From: Thelocarpon superellum
Taxonomy: Eukaryota
Direction: 5' to 3'
Assembly: GCA_026025795.1 (NCBI GenBank)
Contig: JAPEUG010000157.1
Coordinates: forward strand, 1-35,469
DNA: 35,469 nt
A model generated the notes under the pieces. It was given only the letters and a program-made list of their open reading frames with translations. It was not told where the DNA came from and made no database searches. Each line of letters starts with the position of its first letter. Position 1 is the stretch's first letter. Below are positions 22,102 to 33,512 of this stretch, piece by piece. The translations under genes and the position numbers were made by a program.

Positions 22102-23428
22102 TCATTCGTCGGAGGCATCCTCCGTCTCATCCAGCGCCCTCATGATGGGCTCAATCTCGCGGGGATCGCTGATGCCCCAGACGCCGCCGCCTTTGACGTG
22201 ATCGCGGCCGCGCATGCCGACCTCCTTGCCCACCAGGTTGCGCCCGACCTGGCCCGGGCCGATACCGATCCAGCGTCGCACGCGCTCTTCCTGGTCCAAG
22301 TAGCGGATCGAGTCCCACCACCGCACCGTCTCGACACACTGCCGCGCCAGCAGGTCTTTGAGCTCGTCGCGTGATTTGAACGGCCGCGCAGATACGTTGG
22401 AGATGCACGGCATGCGCCCGGGGAAGGCCACCATATCGTCTGAGGCGCTATCGCCGCTGGGATTGGCTGAGAGGAGCTCTTCCATTATCGTGGCCGCGGG
22501 CTTCATCAGCGGCGAGTGGAAGGGGCTGTCGCTTTTCAAGCGGACGGCTCGTGGATCGTGTCCGCCGAATTGCCGGATGTGCGTCAACAGCGTCTTGATC
22601 CGTTCGATGTTGCCTGAGAGCACGATCTGGTTCCTGGAGTTGATGTTGGCAATCAGGACCTGCTGGATGGGAGGCACCTCCTCCGCCGAGTCCTGCTTCG
22701 ACCCGGGTGATCCATGGCCGAGGAAGTCGTGGATGGCGTCGATGAGGGAGGGTAGGTGTGAGGGCTCGCAGACCAGGGCCACCATGCCGTACTCGCCACC
22801 ACCTTGCTCACACGCAGCGCGCGAGCAGTCAGCCATGACCTCGGCCCGTCGTCGTACCATCTTCAAGGCATCCTGCTGGCGGAGGTAGCCACCGGCCACC
22901 AAGGCGGCGAACTCGCCGAGGGAGTGGCCCAGAGTGAAGTCCACTCGGTCCGGGGTGTGGAACCCAAAGTCTTGCTCGAGAACGCGTAAGATCATGATGG
23001 AGGTCGCCATGATCGCCGGTTGTGCATTCTCCGTTGCCGTGAGCTTGGAATTGGGGCCATCGGCGATGATGCGTGAGAGCGGATATTTCAGTAGCGTATC
23101 GATCTCGTTCAAGAGGGGACGAACGGTATTGGGAAAGGCTTCCAGCCATGGCGTGGCCATGCCCACTCGCTGGACCCCCTGGCCTAGCCTGATGTCAGAG
23201 ATGATGCGGCAGGCAATGGTGCATTGACAGACCGGGGAAGAACAACGCTGTCCGTGGCCGTCTTTTTGGTACCGCAGACGCCCACCGCTGGCGTGTACGA
23301 CGGACAGGCCATCTAGGGGCGTGGGCCGGGCTTGCTCCTGGCCATAGTATGCTCGCCGTCCGATTCGCCATGAAACACGCGTGGCGTGAATCTCGAATGG
23401 GCGGACTGAGACCACGGATTCGCATCAT
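22102..23428 (-). CDS. MCT1: Mitochondrial malonyl-CoA:ACP transacylase; exons 23428-23233 and 23183-22102, 425 aa
   Basis: Arg-rich presequence, ALFFPG|QGVQ, TENAQPAI, catalytic GHSLGE, ANINSRNQIVLSG, SPFHSPLM; intron 23232-23184. Confidence 0.93.
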
Positions 23429-23682
23429 CTTCAGCGTCGTCCGCCTCGGATAATCGGATCTGGCGCCCCTCCTATACCTGGGTAGGCCGGCCCAGAGTCG
23501 AATCAAAGGTCATTGTAGCTCACAGCATCATTCCGCTGATACATTGAGTATATCTCGTCAAGCAGAGCGACAGCACATTGGTCAGCCAGCGGTAGTGGTT
23601 CAGTGAATCTGCAGACGTTGAAGCTTCCCAGCCAGCAAAGCTCCCCGCATCACCTGGGGCAGCCATACAAGCTTCCGCATCC

Positions 23683-23714
23683 GAGAACGAGAACGAGTAC
23701 GAGAACGAGTACGA
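23683..23714 (+). repeat. (GAGAAC/GAGTAC)n hexamer tandem upstream of MCT1
   Basis: gagaacgagaacgagtacgagaacgagtacga seen directly. Confidence 0.8.
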
Positions 23715-26700
23715 ACAGCAGATACTGCCAGCTTCGTACATAGTTGACAACTTGCGGAAAGGTCCATTTTCCTCCGCCTCGCCGTCTCGCCCCCTCGCCG
23801 TCTCTTTGTCTCGACGGTCAAACCTTCCAATCCAGTCGAGCACCATAGTGCGTAAACACTTCCGTGATCGTCTCATCCCTGCCGTCGAAGTTTATGACAC
23901 GGAAGAATGTAGACGGAGGTTATAACGTGCCGCCACCAGCACGACTATGACCCGCGCTTTCACTTTCTGATGTCCATGTCCATGTCCGTCATATCCATAG
24001 CCATCCCTGGCTCAAGACAAGTTCCATTGTCCTCGAGCCTGCGATGTTGAGTATGAGCACGCAGACTTCAGCTCAGGACCGACAACGCTGCGTAAACTAT
24101 CGAAGTCAATCTCTACGTGATGTTCGCCCATACTGCTCCCAGTCTCGGACTTACGTCCCCTATGCTTCGTACTGCTATCATTGATGTCTAAGTAGTGCAT
24201 GCATGTCCGCCGTACGTCCGGGTTCGCATCTTGTCCGGCTGGTCCCCTTCTTTCCTGACAGGCATAAGTGTAACTCGGCGAGAATTGATGCGGTGTGCGC
24301 GAGAAGCATAACGTGGCAATTCCCCCCATCTTGGACCGTCCGCACAAAGGCACGAACACGAAACATTGACAACAATTTGCCCGATCGTCATGCTCCTACG
24401 CGGATGTCTCTTGGGCACGGTCAATAAACGGGAAATCCCAGGTCTAGAGCGACGGCGACGAACGGTACTTTTCTTCTGATTTCTCTCGCCCTGATCCGGC
24501 CATGATCGCTGCGCACATTCCCATTCTTCCGTCCGCTGCTCTCAATCTCCGCCCCACGCCTCTTTACGACATCCATATTGTCTCCCAGACATCTGCAACA
24601 TGCGTGTCCCTACCGCATGCCATTCTCTTCCTCGCCCCGCCAACCCTGATCGAATGAGGCCCTGGCTGGGGATTCCTGATTGACCGTCCGCCGAGGAGGA
24701 ATTTGTAGGGCTCATGCTGGCCTTCGTCAGTCACGCTCTCGCCGACACCTCCATCACCGGGAAGGCGAATCACATCATGTCATCTAGTAGCTATTGCGAC
24801 GAGGAGCACGACCACGACGTTGCCCTCAACTCATTCGTCTTCGACCTCTAAGGTGGTGGTGACCCTGGACGTGGACAATTCGGTGACTTGCACCACGACC
24901 TAATACTCGACGAGCGATTGCTCGGGGGAGGCTCAGGCTACAGATCCATTTCCAGTCCACCTCGGCTACCAGGGGAGTGCTTTTGATAGCTGCTTCGATA
25001 AGATTCTGTCCGGTCCGAGGCTTTACGTCAAAACAGGATGTGATGCAGGGGACGCCGCCGAAAATATCTTGGAGAGGGGAATGATTGAGAAGAAACGGAT
25101 TCGATCGGAGACGGACAAACATGAAATGGGTCGACGGCGGAATAGACACAGTTGGGCAAGGAGAAATGGTCCGCGAGGATGGTTAGATAGTGTATCTGAG
25201 GCATCTGTCGCCGTGGTAAAGCTTTTGCACATCGCATGTGGAGTTAAGATATCATTTCATGGGTTCCGTCGATATGCTGATGCAAATGTGGTAATGACAT
25301 CCGTGACCAAGAGACTGGCGGCGAGAGCGTTCGATTGGCGCCGCATGTATGCATGCGTTCAAATCTCCCGAGGTGTCAACGCACCCGGTCCTTTTTGTGT
25401 CTGAGCAAGCACAGGAATGCCTCGACGTCGGCGTCACCTCAGGGCATGGTCCATCTAGAGAACCGGTGGCGGGCCGCGTGCACAACCGTCCCAGAACCGC
25501 GTCTATTCGGACCTGAGCAAGAGATGAGCGCTTATCCCCTACGCGGATCCACGTCACATCGCAGCGCCAGGTAGAGCATTGCAGAAGCCAGGTGGGCTGA
25601 CGAGGCCATGATTGGACGGGTCCAGGACCACCAGGCACATCATCATTGAGACTAGCGCCTGATCCTATTGAAGTGAGGCCTGCAGGTGACACGGGCCCGT
25701 GGGAGAGACGGGGGCATGCTTGCACGGGTCGTCGGAGAAGAGGGCATGGGGAGGGCAAGAGAGAATGCAGCAGTAGTGAGGGCTGTCGGCAACGATGCAT
25801 GGTGGCAATAGAGCAATGACCCGGGAACGGAGCTGCGCCTCGTCATTGGGTCAACAGGAGACGCCCATCGCGGCTCGATACGCTCGCGCCTCGACCTGCA
25901 CCCGGTGAGCGCGGAGCACCGTGAGCAGCCGGGCGGATGCCGCTGTATCCCCGCCCCAGCAAGCACCCCGTGCACCATTCCATGCTCAATCCAGGGAGAT
26001 GGAAGCGTGGGACGGGTGGATCATGTCGCGCGCGCCAAGAGCATGCTACGGCCGATGCCGTCTCTCTGTTTCCTGCGTTCGTCTGGCGGTAAGAGGACGG
26101 GCCGCTTGAGCTCGCCGAGGGGTGGGGCCTGGAAAAGGGACGTGGTCCGCTTGAGGGTGCCGACGATCGCCGCCGTCACGGACCATGTCACCTTGCTTCA
26201 TCCTCATCGTTTTTCCAGCGGTGCCAGCATCAGCAGCGCATGGCGACACTAGCGCTAGGGGAGCGATCGACGCCGAGCCAATCATCGTGCCGACTCGCCA
26301 CCTCGCCGACTCGGCGTTTCTTCTTTCTTTACCGCGCCGGCATTGCCGCAGCTTACCTCGTTACGCGAGCCACCACGCCGGTCATTTAGCGCTGGCCAAT
26401 CGCCGTCGAGAGGCCGCATCCGTGAGGCCCGTGGGGCGGCCGGCGCCTGCGTCGTACGCCGCGGCGTGCGGTGAGCGGCCGCTGAGGGGCCGCCGGGACG
26501 GCGGACAGGGTCCACGACGGTCCGGCGTCTGGCAAAGGGGGAAAATCGAGCCGTGAGGGCCGGGGGAAGGGGGAACGAGGACGAGCAGGATGCAGTGCAA
26601 CGTCCATGTACGACTTTCCGGAGCGTGCAGGCCGCCGCGGACGATGGATGGCCGGTGGGTGAAACATGGGTCATTTGATCGGTCGGTTGGGTGCAAGGTG

Positions 26701-29193
26701 ATGGTGATGATGCAGGAGCGTCGGCGCGGCACCAACGTGCCGGGTCACTGCCGCCGGCGCTGGAGGCCGAGATGACTGGTGGGCGAGGCATGCGCCTCGT
26801 CATCCCGGCGGGTGTCGAGACACGGCGCTGCCCTACGCAAGTCGAGTCACTTACCACGGTGGAATGGGTCGCTTGTGCCACTCGCCCCGTAGGCCCGCAC
26901 TTGACCCGTACCTTGTACACGTAGCCGCACACCGACGTTCCCCTTTCATCTCGGCGGCAGCCCATGGGCGATTGAGGCGCATCCACCTTGGCGGGTCATC
27001 CGACCACTACGGACTGGGGGGGGGCGCACAAGGAATGCACTTCTCATGCAGTCGGAGCAGACCAGTGCGAAAAGTGAGTGCGTCAAGCAGGCTATCGTCG
27101 ACGGCCAGACGAGAGCTACCACCATCGCTGCCGCTCGCAGTCAGACGCATCCCCAATGTCGCCCCGCAGCGAGCGTTTGCAGCTTGCGCCGCCGGCTACG
27201 CCGCTCCCCCGCTCGCTGACTCTTTACTCCCTCCTTTTGGCCGTCCGTGCGTCGGCTTCGACAACCATCCTCCGGTCCTTGTGCTCCTCTCTGTCCTCGT
27301 AGTGGGGCCGGTCGACTGGCGCGCAACGCCGCTACTTGTCATGCTACACGAGTGCCATAGCCGACCATCGGAATTGCTTAGCCCGGCTGAGTGTCGTGTC
27401 AGACGCCCGTTTGCCGCAGCTCTACGCCGACGCCGACCCCTAGTGGTCCCCTCGCTCTTCGCCCGCCAACTTCCCGACGAAATGGACGAGAAAGCTCGCG
27501 CCCGCTGGCTCCGACGGGGCTTGCCTCCGTCCAGAGCCCATCCCCGCGTACCATAGAACAGAACGATGGCTTGTCGATCGGCTCACCATCAAGCGCCGAT
27601 CCAAGTGCTGTAGCGATTCCCGGCTTCGGAATGGTAATCGCCCCGCTGGTGCTGCTCGACGGGCAGCCGGTATAGCTAAAGGGGCGGGTGGTGATGGAGC
27701 GAAGCGCGCGCACGGAGTGGCACGGTGTAGCGCGGAGTGGCTTGGGGAGGGCGAGCGGGCGTCGTCAGGCTGGTCGCGAAGCAAGGAGCGTTCGAGTACG
27801 CGCACGCGCACGCGCCCTCCCCACGCCGGGGTCTTTGTTATGCTACGTTGGATGGACGGGCTCTCTGTCTCGTTTTCATTACCCGCCGGGCGATCTGGTC
27901 GCAGGGCATCATCATCAACCAGTCCCCCGCTGGGCCGCTGGGTCCCGCTGGGGTCGACGTGGCGGAGCGCAGCGCAGGAGTGTGACCAAGCGTTGCTCGA
28001 TCCATCACCGGGCGAAGAGGGTGGTGGCGCGCCAGCCTGAGACGACGGGGACGAGGGGGACGACGTGGAGTTGCCGACCATGTCACACGCGGACGGGGGT
28101 TCCGGTACAATCCCCGTCGTACCCACTCACAGGCTGTCCCTCTTCCGGCGGTGTCGCTTCGGTTTGCCCGCTTTTCCGCGTGCCCGCTTGCTACGGCTCG
28201 CATGGCGCTCGAGGCGATTCGCCTTTGACGCAGCAATCAACCAAAGAGAGTTGAGATGGCGCCTGATTGGCACTCGTGCGTGGTGAAGCCTGCTGAGGAG
28301 CAGTGCCCGTCATCCCATGGCTCTCATCCTCCCGGCCCCTGCTCGGCCCCCCTCCTCACTCGCTGCGCCGCATGCCTGTGCGACGAGGACGGACGGCACA
28401 TTCTTGTTCCGTCCAAAGGATGATGCTATTTCCGAGGAGCTACTGAAGCCCGTCGTGGGTGGAGATGTGGCGGTATGGGTGGGTGTAGGCGTCGATGTCG
28501 GTGCATGCAGCAGGCAACTGGGGCAGGTCTTACGTGTCGACGAGTACGCCTATTCCCCCTCCATCTCCGATCCCTATCGGATTGAGCGATAGGGTGCAGA
28601 GGCCGTGCTGCTCCGTACTTGTGCTCCCTAACCCTCGGACAGGCCGTCTCATGTTCCAGAAAGCCGCGCTTATCGCCCAGCTCGCGGAGTCCTGCACGAC
28701 GACGCGCTATTCTGATCATCCCCTCCTTGACCCACGCAACCCCACCACCCCCTCCTCTGCACTGCTCCCACGCCGCCTTTCGTCGGGGGCGACAGCGGCA
28801 TGCGGCACGACCGACCACCCCCCAAATCGCGGCCATGTTCGTCATTGTCGGGCCTTGTCTACCATGGGCTGACGCAAGACGTCCTGGCCCACCGCCACCT
28901 CCCCACGGTCTCTCTGCGGACGACACCACCCCCTTGCCTGACCACACACCACACTTTCCAACCACCGCCCCGCCAAGGTCCCACATCATCTTAGGTGAGC
29001 AGGCTCGCTCATTTTGGCGCGCTCGAGCAGTCGGAGGCGCAGAAGCGACATTACCGAAGGCGGACGTGTAACCGGCCAGCCGCCCCGGTGGCATGAGACG
29101 AGCTCGATTAGTTGGCGGCCGAGGCGACCCCAACGCTCATAAGCACGCGCGCAAGCAGCAATCAGCGGCGGCCAGCGAGCGCCGGCTCCAGCC

Positions 29194-29215
29194 CCAATGG
29201 TGGGCCAATGGTGGG
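29194..29215 (+). promoter_or_regulatory. Tandem CCAATGGTGGG x2 (two CCAAT boxes 11 bp apart)
   Basis: Perfect 11-bp direct repeat about 780 nt upstream of the Zn2Cys6 gene ATG. Confidence 0.45.
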
Positions 29216-29274
29216 GAACATTAGACCATGATGCCCCGGTGCAAGGGCGACGATTCGCTCGGGCGTCGCGCGGT

Positions 29275-29309
29275 CGCTGGCCGCTGGCCGCTGGCCGCTG
29301 GCCGCTGGC
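29275..29309 (+). repeat. (CGCTGGC)5 perfect heptamer array
   Basis: Five exact copies seen directly. Confidence 0.9.
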
Positions 29310-29744
29310 TGCTGTCCGGTCGCACCCCGGTCGTCCGACGAGGACTCGCTACTCCGTACTTTTTTAGACGCAGACGTCGCTTGCCGCAGGACGTGGTGTG
29401 CAGGTGGTAGGTTAGTGGGCGTCGTGCGTCGTGCGGCGTGCTTCTTGCGGCGGGTGGGTTGGCGAACGACGAGCTGCGGACGCCGGGCTTGAACGACGCC
29501 TGAGCCCCGGTGCCGCGCTACCGCTCAGCGCCCCTCGTAATTCGTCTTTCCGGGCAAGCAGCCCTTCGCAGCACCCCCATACTTTAGAGCCATCCAGCCC
29601 CGGTGTGCGCACCCACCACGTCACACTACCGCCGGACCCCGTCGAGTCCAGCACTGCTTCACGGCTACTTCACCACCGCCGCTGCTCTCCTCCGCCTCCA
29701 CCACTTTCCTTTTCCCCACGGACGTCACGCCCCTCCGGCCATTG

Positions 29745-29921
29745 ATGCGACCGACCTTAACCCCTCCTACCTCCGGACAGCTTGAGTGCTCGACTACGTC
29801 CTGCGCAGCGTTACCACCGGCCGAGTCTTCTGTCGGCGGAGCTGATATCTGCCTACCTGAAGCTGGCTGGGACGGTCTGGCCCAAGCTTCGAGCTCTTCT
29901 GTCGGCCTCCTTTTCTGTTGA
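29745..29921 (+). other. Candidate uORF (58 aa) in the leader of the Zn2Cys6 gene
   Basis: ATG CGA CCG...TGT TGA, in the same frame as the main ATG at 29988; it is the only ATG between about 29240 and 29988. Confidence 0.45.
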
Positions 29922-29987
29922 ACCCCCGCTCCGCCCTACCAAGGCGTGCACGCCCATCATCCGGCCGCGCGCCGCCGTTCGCGCGTC

Positions 29988-32475
29988 ATGACGACGTCTG
30001 TCAGTCGCTACGCCCCCAACGGGGTCTCGCATGGGCCGGATGAGCATATGGCCGACTCCCCGCCCTCTCGCTTCACGGCGGTCAACGGCCGCCATAGTCA
30101 AGAAAGGCCGAACGGTGCAAGTTCCTCGGGCGGCCCCCCCGCGGCCGCCAACGGCGATCCCGCCCTGGACGCCCGTCCCGCCCCAGAGGAACGACCGCGG
30201 CCGATCCATCTGCCGGAGCTCTCGCCGCGACGCCGTGCCGAAGAGGGCCTCAAGCTATCGTCTCAGCGCGAGTCGTGGGGACAGGATCCTATGGCCGTGG
30301 ACGCTGAGCGCCGCGACTCACATGCGCCGCCACACCACCCCGAGTCCGCTTCCGCCTTCGCCTCCAACCACAATGTGCAGAAGCGGAAGCGGTCTGAGTC
30401 CGTTGATCGGAACACCTCGAGCACCACGTCATACCAGAGTCAGGGCGCCGTGGTAAGCCCCACCAGAGGGCCGTACCCTCGGCATGACGGCGCCATGCCC
30501 GAGTACCGTCCCCGCGGCCGGTCCAGTCCCGACAGCGTACACGGCGATACTCGCGGCCGACGTGACATGAACTACCCATCAACACGAGAAGACGGCCGAG
30601 GCGAGTCGCGCGACGTGGCGTACCATGGTCCCCGATCGCCTCCAGTGCGGATGTCGTATGAACCACACCACCCTGTCTCACCTGGAGGCGCGACACACCC
30701 CGATGTCCGGCTGGCCGAAGCGTTACGACGAGAGTCACTCAACGTCGACACGAGTCCCGATAGTCGACCGGGCGGCAGCCCGGACGAGGACGACGCGCGC
30801 AGCCACCTCCGCAGCACGGACTACGGCACGGATCGGGCCCCAAGCTCGGGCGTACAGGTGGATCATCGACGACGAAAGCGGGTTTTCAGCAATCGCACCA
30901 AGACCGGCTGCATGACGTGTCGTCGGAGAAAGAAGAAGTGCGACGAGCAGAAACCGGAATGTACGTTGAGAGGCACTTCAGGTGAGGGAACAGGCTGACG
31001 CCAGGAATCTAGGCAACAACTGCATTCGTGGAGGATTCGTGTGCGAGGGATACAGCAATCGGATCGAATGGCAAAAGTCGTCGCGCGAGAAGGCACCAGT
31101 GCCGCTGCAGGCCAAAGACGGTGAGCCCGTGGCATCGAGTCAATATACCCCGTCGTCGGCGTCGGCCCCACTGGCGCAAAAGGCCACGGCGTCGAGTCAC
31201 GCCTCGCACGGGTCACACGGGAGGGAGCTCAGCCCGCTGCACTATCGCGTCGGCCATTCATCACAAGCGGCGCCAGGCGCCATGGCGCGGCCCATCTTCG
31301 TGGATGACGACCATGACCGTGTCAATGGCGAGAGCAGTCCGGCAGGTCACGGGTCGGAGGGGCGGTCGGGCGACTGGAACAAGACCTCATGGTCCAACCC
31401 CGGCCATTCGTCCTACGCTCCCGAGCGCCTACACACGAATGAGTATTCTCGCGTGCCACCGTTGCATGAGCTATCGCGCAGCGCTGGCGCTGGCGCCGCG
31501 GCCGCCGATGCCGACACGGACCCACACAGCAGCAGCCATCGGTCGCTACTGCACCTCCCAGCTCACAACAGCACGGTGCAAACGGCGCAACAAGCGCACG
31601 CGCAAGCCCAGGCACAAGCCCGGGCGCAGCTCGCCCTGCAACAGAGCTCCTCGATGGAACCAGCGGACGTGCGACCAAGCTCCGCCAAGACGGACAAGGA
31701 GAAGATGCTGGCGGGGGAATTGTACTATCCGCACGCGCCCGAGCTGGTCTTTGAGCGCGATCGCTGCAAGGCGTCTATCTGGCGGTTCAACAACTCGATG
31801 AACCCCACCTTGGGCATCTCGCGCGAGGAGCGGCTCCGGCTCTTCCGCGACGTGGTGCAGCCGCGCGAGCCGCCCATCAATGGTGCGCCGGGCGTGCGAT
31901 CTCCCATCGGACACGTGGGCGAGAACGTGGTGGTCGAAGCGCCCTTCATCTGCGACTACGGCTACAACATCAGCATCGGCCCGGAGGTGCTCATCGACAC
32001 GAATTGCACCATCAAAGACACCTGCTCCGTTTCCATCGGCGCTCGAACCGTCATCGGGCCCAATGTCAAACTCCTCACGGCCACGATGCCCATCGATCCT
32101 CGCCGACGGAAAGGAAGCCGTGGGCCGTCGCTCGGACGGGCGATTGTCATTGAAGAAGACTGCTGGATTGGCGCCGGTGCCATCGTCCTGTACGCCCACC
32201 CCCCCTCCTCCCCCCTCTCCCAGAGTGATGAGCTAACGTGATGGGTGATGATAGGCCTGGCTTGACGGTGGGCAAATCATCGACCGTGGGAGCAGGTTCG
32301 GTCGTGACGAGGGTAAGCATGAACCTGGTCGAGTTGATTTCCCCCAACGCGCACGAGCTGACTTTTCTGTCCTGCGCAGAACGTGCCGCGATTCACGGTT
32401 GTGGCGGGTAATCCGGCGCGCGTTCATCGCGGCATCTACTCGAACGATAATCCTCAGGATGCTCAGGTGAACTGA
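29988..32475 (+). CDS. Zn(II)2Cys6 transcription factor fused to a maltose/galactoside O-acetyltransferase (Mac + hexapeptide left-handed beta-helix) domain; exons 29988-30960, 31013-32189, 32255-32312, 32380-32475, 767 aa
   Basis: RTKTGCMTCRRRKKKCDEQKPE-C-NNCIRGGFVC; KEKMLAGELY, VEAPFICDYGYNISIG, IEEDCWIGAGAIVLPGLTVG, GAGSVVTR, VVAGNPAR; three canonical introns. Confidence 0.92.
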
Positions 32476-33512
32476 GAACGGTGGGATGATGCAAAGAACA
32501 GAGCAGCAGGGCCACGCGTGCATGGCTGTAATGTTGGAAGTTGAGAGAAGAAAAGACGGAGTATGACTTTGATGAGCACGCAGAAGGAATGACTACGGCC
32601 GCACATGGACACATGGACACGTGGACACTAGGAGAAACGGCAAGGAAGGACGGGGATAAGGACGGAGCAGGGCCGGGCACGGCGGGGACGGAAAGAAGAA
32701 CAAGCGGCGATTTTTCTTCCATTTCTTCCATTCCATCATTCCATCTTTCGCTTCTTTTCTTTCTCGATCTCCTTTGTTCTAGGGGGCCAAAGGGCCGTGG
32801 GTGGATGGATGGAGCAGTTAAGAAAAGATCAAGAGTGAAAATGCCGTTGACGCTTCTCTCTTTCTCATTTCGGGGGTTTCTTTCTTTCCCGCTCTTTCCC
32901 ACATTTCTTTCTCTCATCGTCTCCCTTCAATTTTCGATTTTCTCTGCTCCTCTTCTCTTTCCGCCCTGTTCCTGATGTCGTGACTGGTTTCGATGCTGCT
33001 TCCTCCTTCAATCGAAGGATCAATCAATCATAGTGTTGTTGTCCACAACTACATATACGTGGACATAAAGACCCCCAAGTCCTTGGAACTGAAACCCCAG
33101 GAGTGGTGGTGATGGTAGTAATGGAACAGATCAAGTGCATGTCTTATGTGTGCCATCTTCCCCTGTTTCTCTCACTCCTCCTCACATCAAGTGAGGAAAG
33201 GAGAGCGAAGAAACAGAAAAGGAACCGGCATCTCAATCTCAACGAATGTAAAGCTATGTACATCCATCGCCTGCACCTGCCATGTCAATATCGACATGGA
33301 CAAGTGGAAATTGGAAATGGGAATGAAAGTGGAAGAGCTGAGAAGTGAAGTGGAAGGATGCATGCGGTGCTCCTGCCCTGCACCTCCATATGGTATGATC
33401 AGAGATCAGACCTCGTTACGTCACGTCGCCCTCCGACTGTGACTATCCGGTGTGCAAATGCTGCGTCTCTTTCCCACCACCACCACCACCATCACATCCC
33501 CGCCCTCTCAAT

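Noticed and set aside
24212..24261. 50-nt GTACGT...CTGACAG intron-like segment
   Set aside because: The branch motif abuts the AG and no credible flanking exons exist.
25325..25375. GTTCGAT / GTTCAAATC T-loop-like motifs suggesting a tRNA
   Set aside because: The flanks do not form a T-stem and no cloverleaf can be built.
28626..28635. CCCTAACCCT, a telomere-repeat match that could be a telomerase RNA template
   Set aside because: A 10-nt match in any phase on either strand is expected by chance in 35 kb, and I could not identify a pseudoknot, Sm site or 3' processing signal. A covariance-model search would settle it.
25252..29133. Many 150-235 aa ORFs on both strands in the gene-free region
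   Set aside because: They are Arg/Pro/Ala/Gly-rich, overlap each other and lack motifs, as expected for open frames in GC-rich DNA.
32603..32628. Short (ACATGGAC)-type tandem in the 3' region of the fusion gene
   Set aside because: Three imperfect copies with no spacers; simple slippage, not CRISPR-like.
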